From Chloroflexota bacterium (GTDB lineage: Bacteria > Chloroflexota > Chloroflexia > QHBQ01): DNA of 20,000 bases. The stretch lies in contig JAYUUN010000120.1 of NCBI GenBank assembly GCA_043754535.1, positions 60,997 to 80,996 on the forward strand, read 5' to 3'. The translations under genes were made by a program, and so were the position numbers. Shown here one piece after another: positions 16,806 to 20,000 of this stretch (within the stretch, counting starts at the first letter, position 1; every line of letters begins with the position of its first letter). The notes beneath the pieces were generated by a model. The model saw only the letters and a program-made list of their open reading frames with translations. It ran no database searches and had not been told where the DNA came from.

Positions 16806-18262
16806 ACAAACCGCCCGATTGCGTACTGCTGGCCGCAACTGGGGCATGACTGTGCCTGCTGACCGTGGCTGCCGAGGATATCGGCCACGCCATAGCGCAC
16901 CACCTGCCCCGGCCTGGCAATGCCGTAGGCCCAGCCGCCTGCTGTTTGCTGCGCGATATTGCCGCCAATATAACAGATGGCAGCGGCTGCTTGCCCTTGC
17001 TGAAACCAGGCTGCCCGCTCGGTCGCTGGGCGGGCAAGCTGGAGGGCGAGACGAGCCGCCACGTTCGCCGCTCGTCCGCTCTCCAACAGGGTTGCTGGCT
17101 CAGCCTGCAATGTGCTGGGATCACGGTCGTAGGCGGCCCGCTGCTCAGGGGTCAGTGCTGCTGTGGGGCCAGTGTAGAGGTGGCCGCGCACGCAGTCGAA
17201 GCACGGCCCCTGCGCGCCGTCCACCACCGTCACCTCAAAGTATAGGGCGCGGGGGTAGCAGCGGGCGATCAGGTGCGGCACCCCCAGCCGCCGCAGCACG
17301 CGGGCCGCTGCATAGTCAGCGTGGGTGCCAGTTGCCAGCAGCACGCAGGCGGGCCGCTCCCGCTCGATCAGCAGGGCAAAACGGCGCAGGCTACCCGGCT
17401 CGTCGCGCAGACGCAGGTGCCGTCCCCTTGCCCTGCCACCCAGTCGCCGCAAGTTGGCTGCCAGCGCGCCTGCCTTGCCATACCCAATCTGTAGCCGCTG
17501 GTAGAACTGGCGCGCTGGGTTGGCCGCCTCCATCTGCTCGTAGTCCAGGCAGACCACCGCCTGCCCCGCCAGCACGAGCGCGCGGGCGGCATAGCTGCCC
17601 ACGCTGCCGCAGCCGAGGACGACCACTGGCTGGCAGTTGAGGCTCGTAGCTGGCGGCAGGGCTGGCGCAGGGCTAGGCTGCTGGGCGTAAGCAACCCGCC
17701 AGGGCCAGCTTCCGCCTATGTGCAGCGTCATGGGGGTGCGCTCGCCAAGCAGGTAGGCACGGGCCACCTGGGCGGCATGATAGGCAAGGTCTAGCCCATC
17801 CAGGGCAGAGGGGTTGTAGGCAGATAGCTCCCTCTCCGCCTCCGCTTCAATCTCGGTGGCGTATAGGTAGAGGCGCACCTTGCCAGGCTGGACGAGCAGC
17901 AGCGGCACGGTTAGTGCTGCGCTAAGGCTGGCTAGCAAGGCCACTGTCACCTGATCGCCTGTGCCAAGTAGCAGGTGGGGACGGTAGCCAGCGAGTTGAC
18001 GGCGGGCGCGGGCGTAGCTAGCGGCGGTTAGCGGTGGCAGGCAGCGGTAGGCAGCCACGCCATAGCGGGCGCGCAGTTCGCGGGCGATGGGCGGCCCACC
18101 GACGGCGCAGAAGTCGGCTAGCCGATTGGCGGCCAGCAGGTGCAATACCTCGGCCAGGTTGCCGACCGCCGCCACCCGCTTGCCCGCCAACCCCGCGCCG
18201 ACGACTGGGACGACGCGGGCGAAGTAGATTTCTTCGCTCGGCTCCATCGTTTCATCGCTCAT
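16802..18262 (-). CDS. E1-like (ThiF/MoeB superfamily) enzyme: degenerate N-terminal adenylation domain plus C-terminal adenylation domain with a Zn site
   Basis: C-terminal half has VVVLGCGSVGS, LDYEQMEAANPARQ, IGYGKA, GPCFDC and a terminal CPSC. The N-terminus YFARV...LAGKRVAAVG resembles a ThiF start with a broken Gly loop. Confidence 0.85.
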   Translation of the reverse strand: MSDETMEPSEEIYFARVVPVVGAGLAGKRVAAVGNLAEVLHLLAANRLADFCAVGGPPIARELRARYGVAAYRCLPPLTAASYARARRQLAGYRPHLLLGTGDQVTVALLASLSAALTVPLLLVQPGKVRLYLYATEIEAEAERELSAYNPSALDGLDLAYHAAQVARAYLLGERTPMTLHIGGSWPWRVAYAQQPSPAPALPPATSLNCQPVVVLGCGSVGSYAARALVLAGQAVVCLDYEQMEAANPARQFYQRLQIGYGKAGALAANLRRLGGRARGRHLRLRDEPGSLRRFALLIERERPACVLLATGTHADYAAARVLRRLGVPHLIARCYPRALYFEVTVVDGAQGPCFDCVRGHLYTGPTAALTPEQRAAYDRDPSTLQAEPATLLESGRAANVAARLALQLARPATERAAWFQQGQAAAAICYIGGNIAQQTAGGWAYGIARPGQVVRYGVADILGSHGQQAQSCPSCGQQYAIGRFV

Positions 18263-18926
18263 AGTAAGGGTCGTACTCGCCGCCGTTGCCGTGCGCTGGC
18301 CCGATGAAGGCTTCTGCGCTGGCCTGCCCGCTGGCGACGCGGATCAGGCTGGCAAGGTGGTTGGCTACCCGCTGCTGCAAGACGACGCGGGCTGTCACCT
18401 GCCGCCAGCCACCGCCGCTGTAGAGGCAAAGTTGGTTGTTGCCCACGACGTGGTTGCTGGTCGTGGCTGCTACCTTCAGCAGGGTAAAGATGCGGGGGTC
18501 GTACTGCACTATCGGCGGGTAGCTCGGCCACTCGGCGGGATAGCTGAGTAGGAGCGGAGCGAGCAGCCAGAGGTTGCGGCCCACGCGGATCAGCGGGTGT
18601 GAAGGCACGATCTGCCGCTGCACCTTCACTGCGGCCCTGGGTCGTAGCATAGTGGGTAGGTAGCCATACCAACAGAGGGCTGCTACCCCCTCCTTCTTCA
18701 GTTCGCGGCCACAGCGCGGGCAGGTGGGCTTGCTGGCCCCCGCCTTGCTAAAGCCATAGGGGAGGTGGCAGGTAGGGCAGCCGAGCAGTGTGCCTGCCTC
18801 GCTCATCCCCAGTTGCCAGTGGGGGAAGTGGGCTGCCATCTCTGCCACCTCCTGCTCAAGCAGAGCGGGCCGCTGCTTCGCCCATTTCTGCGCCTTTGCT
18901 GCCGCTGCCAGATTCAGTTCGTGCAT
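18252..18926 (-). CDS. Prokaryotic E2/UBC-fold protein with a Zn-ribbon insertion
   Basis: LLEQEVAEMAAHFP helix 1, WYGYL, SYPAEWPSYPPIV, NHVVGNNQLCLY...W, plus CPTC/CPRC. Start at ATG 18926 with an AGGAGGT RBS (the ORF extends to 18956). Confidence 0.8.
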   Translation of the reverse strand: MHELNLAAAAKAQKWAKQRPALLEQEVAEMAAHFPHWQLGMSEAGTLLGCPTCHLPYGFSKAGASKPTCPRCGRELKKEGVAALCWYGYLPTMLRPRAAVKVQRQIVPSHPLIRVGRNLWLLAPLLLSYPAEWPSYPPIVQYDPRIFTLLKVAATTSNHVVGNNQLCLYSGGGWRQVTARVVLQQRVANHLASLIRVASGQASAEAFIGPAHGNGGEYDPYYER

Positions 18927-18979
18927 GGTATAATACCTCCTACTTGTCATCTTCACTAAAAGGAGTATCCTTGATGCTA
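18926..18979. promoter_or_regulatory. Compact divergent promoter region
   Basis: Plus-strand extended -10 TGGTATAAT at 18926-18934, AAGGAG RBS at 18960-18965, minus-strand AGGAGGT RBS, and a candidate minus-strand -10 TAGCAT at 18979-18974. Confidence 0.5.
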
Positions 18980-20000
18980 AAGAGGGTCGCTATTCTGCTC
19001 ATCTGTGCAGCCTGGCTGGTCGCCTGCGACAACAGCAGTCCCGTTCAGCCGACTAGCCCCAGTCAGCCACCAGTCCCCGCCACTGCCACCGTCGCTGCCC
19101 CAGCCACTGCCACCCCAGCCCGCGCAGAGCCGACTAGCACCGCGTCCATTCCTGCGACCAGCGTTGCTGTGCCGTCCAGCAGCCCGATCAGTAGCACGGC
19201 CAGCGTGCCAGTTGGTGGCCTGGGCCGCGAAGCGATCACCGTGGACGGCGTGCCAGTGGTCGCTATCAGCCTCGCGCCCAATGGGGCTGTCTACGCTGCG
19301 ACCAGCAAGGGCTTCTACCTGCGGAACGGTGACGACAATCAGGCGGCAGCCGACTGGGACTGGCAGCAAGTCAGCAACCGGGCTGGGCTGACCAACCTCG
19401 TTGCCCTCGACAACGATGTGCTGTTGGCGGGTGGCAAACCCCCCTGCGCCAGCGAGCAAAAGAGCATTCCCTTGCTGCGCTCGGCAGACGGAGGACGTAC
19501 CTGGAAGGAGAGCGGCATCTTCGCCCGTCCGGTAGAGACCCTCAGCGACGACGTGTTTGCTATCGGCTGCGAAGGCATCTACCGCTCGACCGACAACGGT
19601 GAGAGTTGGCAGTTGCAGCCCGATCTGAAGGCAGCCAACGGCGAGATCAGCGATCTGACTACTACTGCTGATGGCAAGAGTCTCCACTTCGTGGCAGTTA
19701 GCGAAGGCGGTAGCAGTGCGCTCTACTATGCGCCCAGCAAGATAGACCGCTGGCAGACCCCCACCCTGGTAGCCTCTAGCTGGGGTGGAGGCTTCGTGCG
19801 CCTCGGCCCGCCAGAGGCCACCATCTACTTCGGCTCCCCGCTGGGGTTGCTGTACGCCGAGGGAGCGCAGTGGCAGGCCGACAACGTCGGGCTGGACGCG
19901 GTGCGGTTGGTGGGCGACCCCCGCACCGCAGCCCTGAGTGCGGCTGACCAGGCAAAGATGCAGAGGGGTACCCTCACTGACCTGACCACCTACCAGCAAG
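18974..20000 (+). CDS. Lipoprotein with a Pro/Thr/Ser linker and BNR/Asp-box beta-propeller, partial
   Basis: Manual translation gives MLKRVAILLICAAWLVA-C lipobox and Asp-boxes LRSADGGRTW and IYRSTDNGESW. Open to the window end. Confidence 0.85.
   Translation, partial: MLKRVAILLICAAWLVACDNSSPVQPTSPSQPPVPATATVAAPATATPARAEPTSTASIPATSVAVPSSSPISSTASVPVGGLGREAITVDGVPVVAISLAPNGAVYAATSKGFYLRNGDDNQAAADWDWQQVSNRAGLTNLVALDNDVLLAGGKPPCASEQKSIPLLRSADGGRTWKESGIFARPVETLSDDVFAIGCEGIYRSTDNGESWQLQPDLKAANGEISDLTTTADGKSLHFVAVSEGGSSALYYAPSKIDRWQTPTLVASSWGGGFVRLGPPEATIYFGSPLGLLYAEGAQWQADNVGLDAVRLVGDPRTAALSAADQAKMQRGTLTDLTTYQQ

Noticed and set aside
14904..17640. Long plus-strand ORFs (373, 216 and 273 aa)
   Set aside because: Antisense shadows of fabF, fabG and E1, typical of GC-rich DNA.
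14682..18926. E1/E2 functionally coupled to fabG/fabF (lipid conjugation)
   Set aside because: fabG has its own good promoter candidate and both fab genes look canonical, so adjacency is the only support.
18977..19999. 340-aa minus-strand ORF as a possible upstream member (Ubl/JAB) of the E2-E1 operon
   Set aside because: Antisense shadow of the plus-strand lipoprotein, which has an RBS, lipobox and Asp-boxes. It shows no beta-grasp, terminal GG or HxH JAB motif.

Overview
GC-rich bacterial window, possibly Chloroflexota (inferred from gene style only), with almost all genes on the minus strand. Housekeeping genes: partial purA, an XPB/Rad25 helicase, a membrane protein, a UDP-HexNAc dehydrogenase, proline dehydrogenase, an HTH protein, lipoproteins, an FAD oxidoreductase, a CHAD plus Ppx C-terminal domain fusion, fabF and fabG. 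Two accessory modules stand out. (1) An McrC-like nuclease followed by an McrB-like AAA+ gene, in reversed order, with a 160-nt overlap and a probable leaderless promoter. (2) The most interesting: a stand-alone ubiquitination-like pair at 16802-18926. It has an E2/UBC-fold protein with a Cys4 Zn-ribbon insertion and an H-x7-C active site, overlapping a two-domain E1 (inactive plus active adenylation domain) whose crossover loop has a Tyr and no Cys. No Ubl or JAB gene is adjacent.
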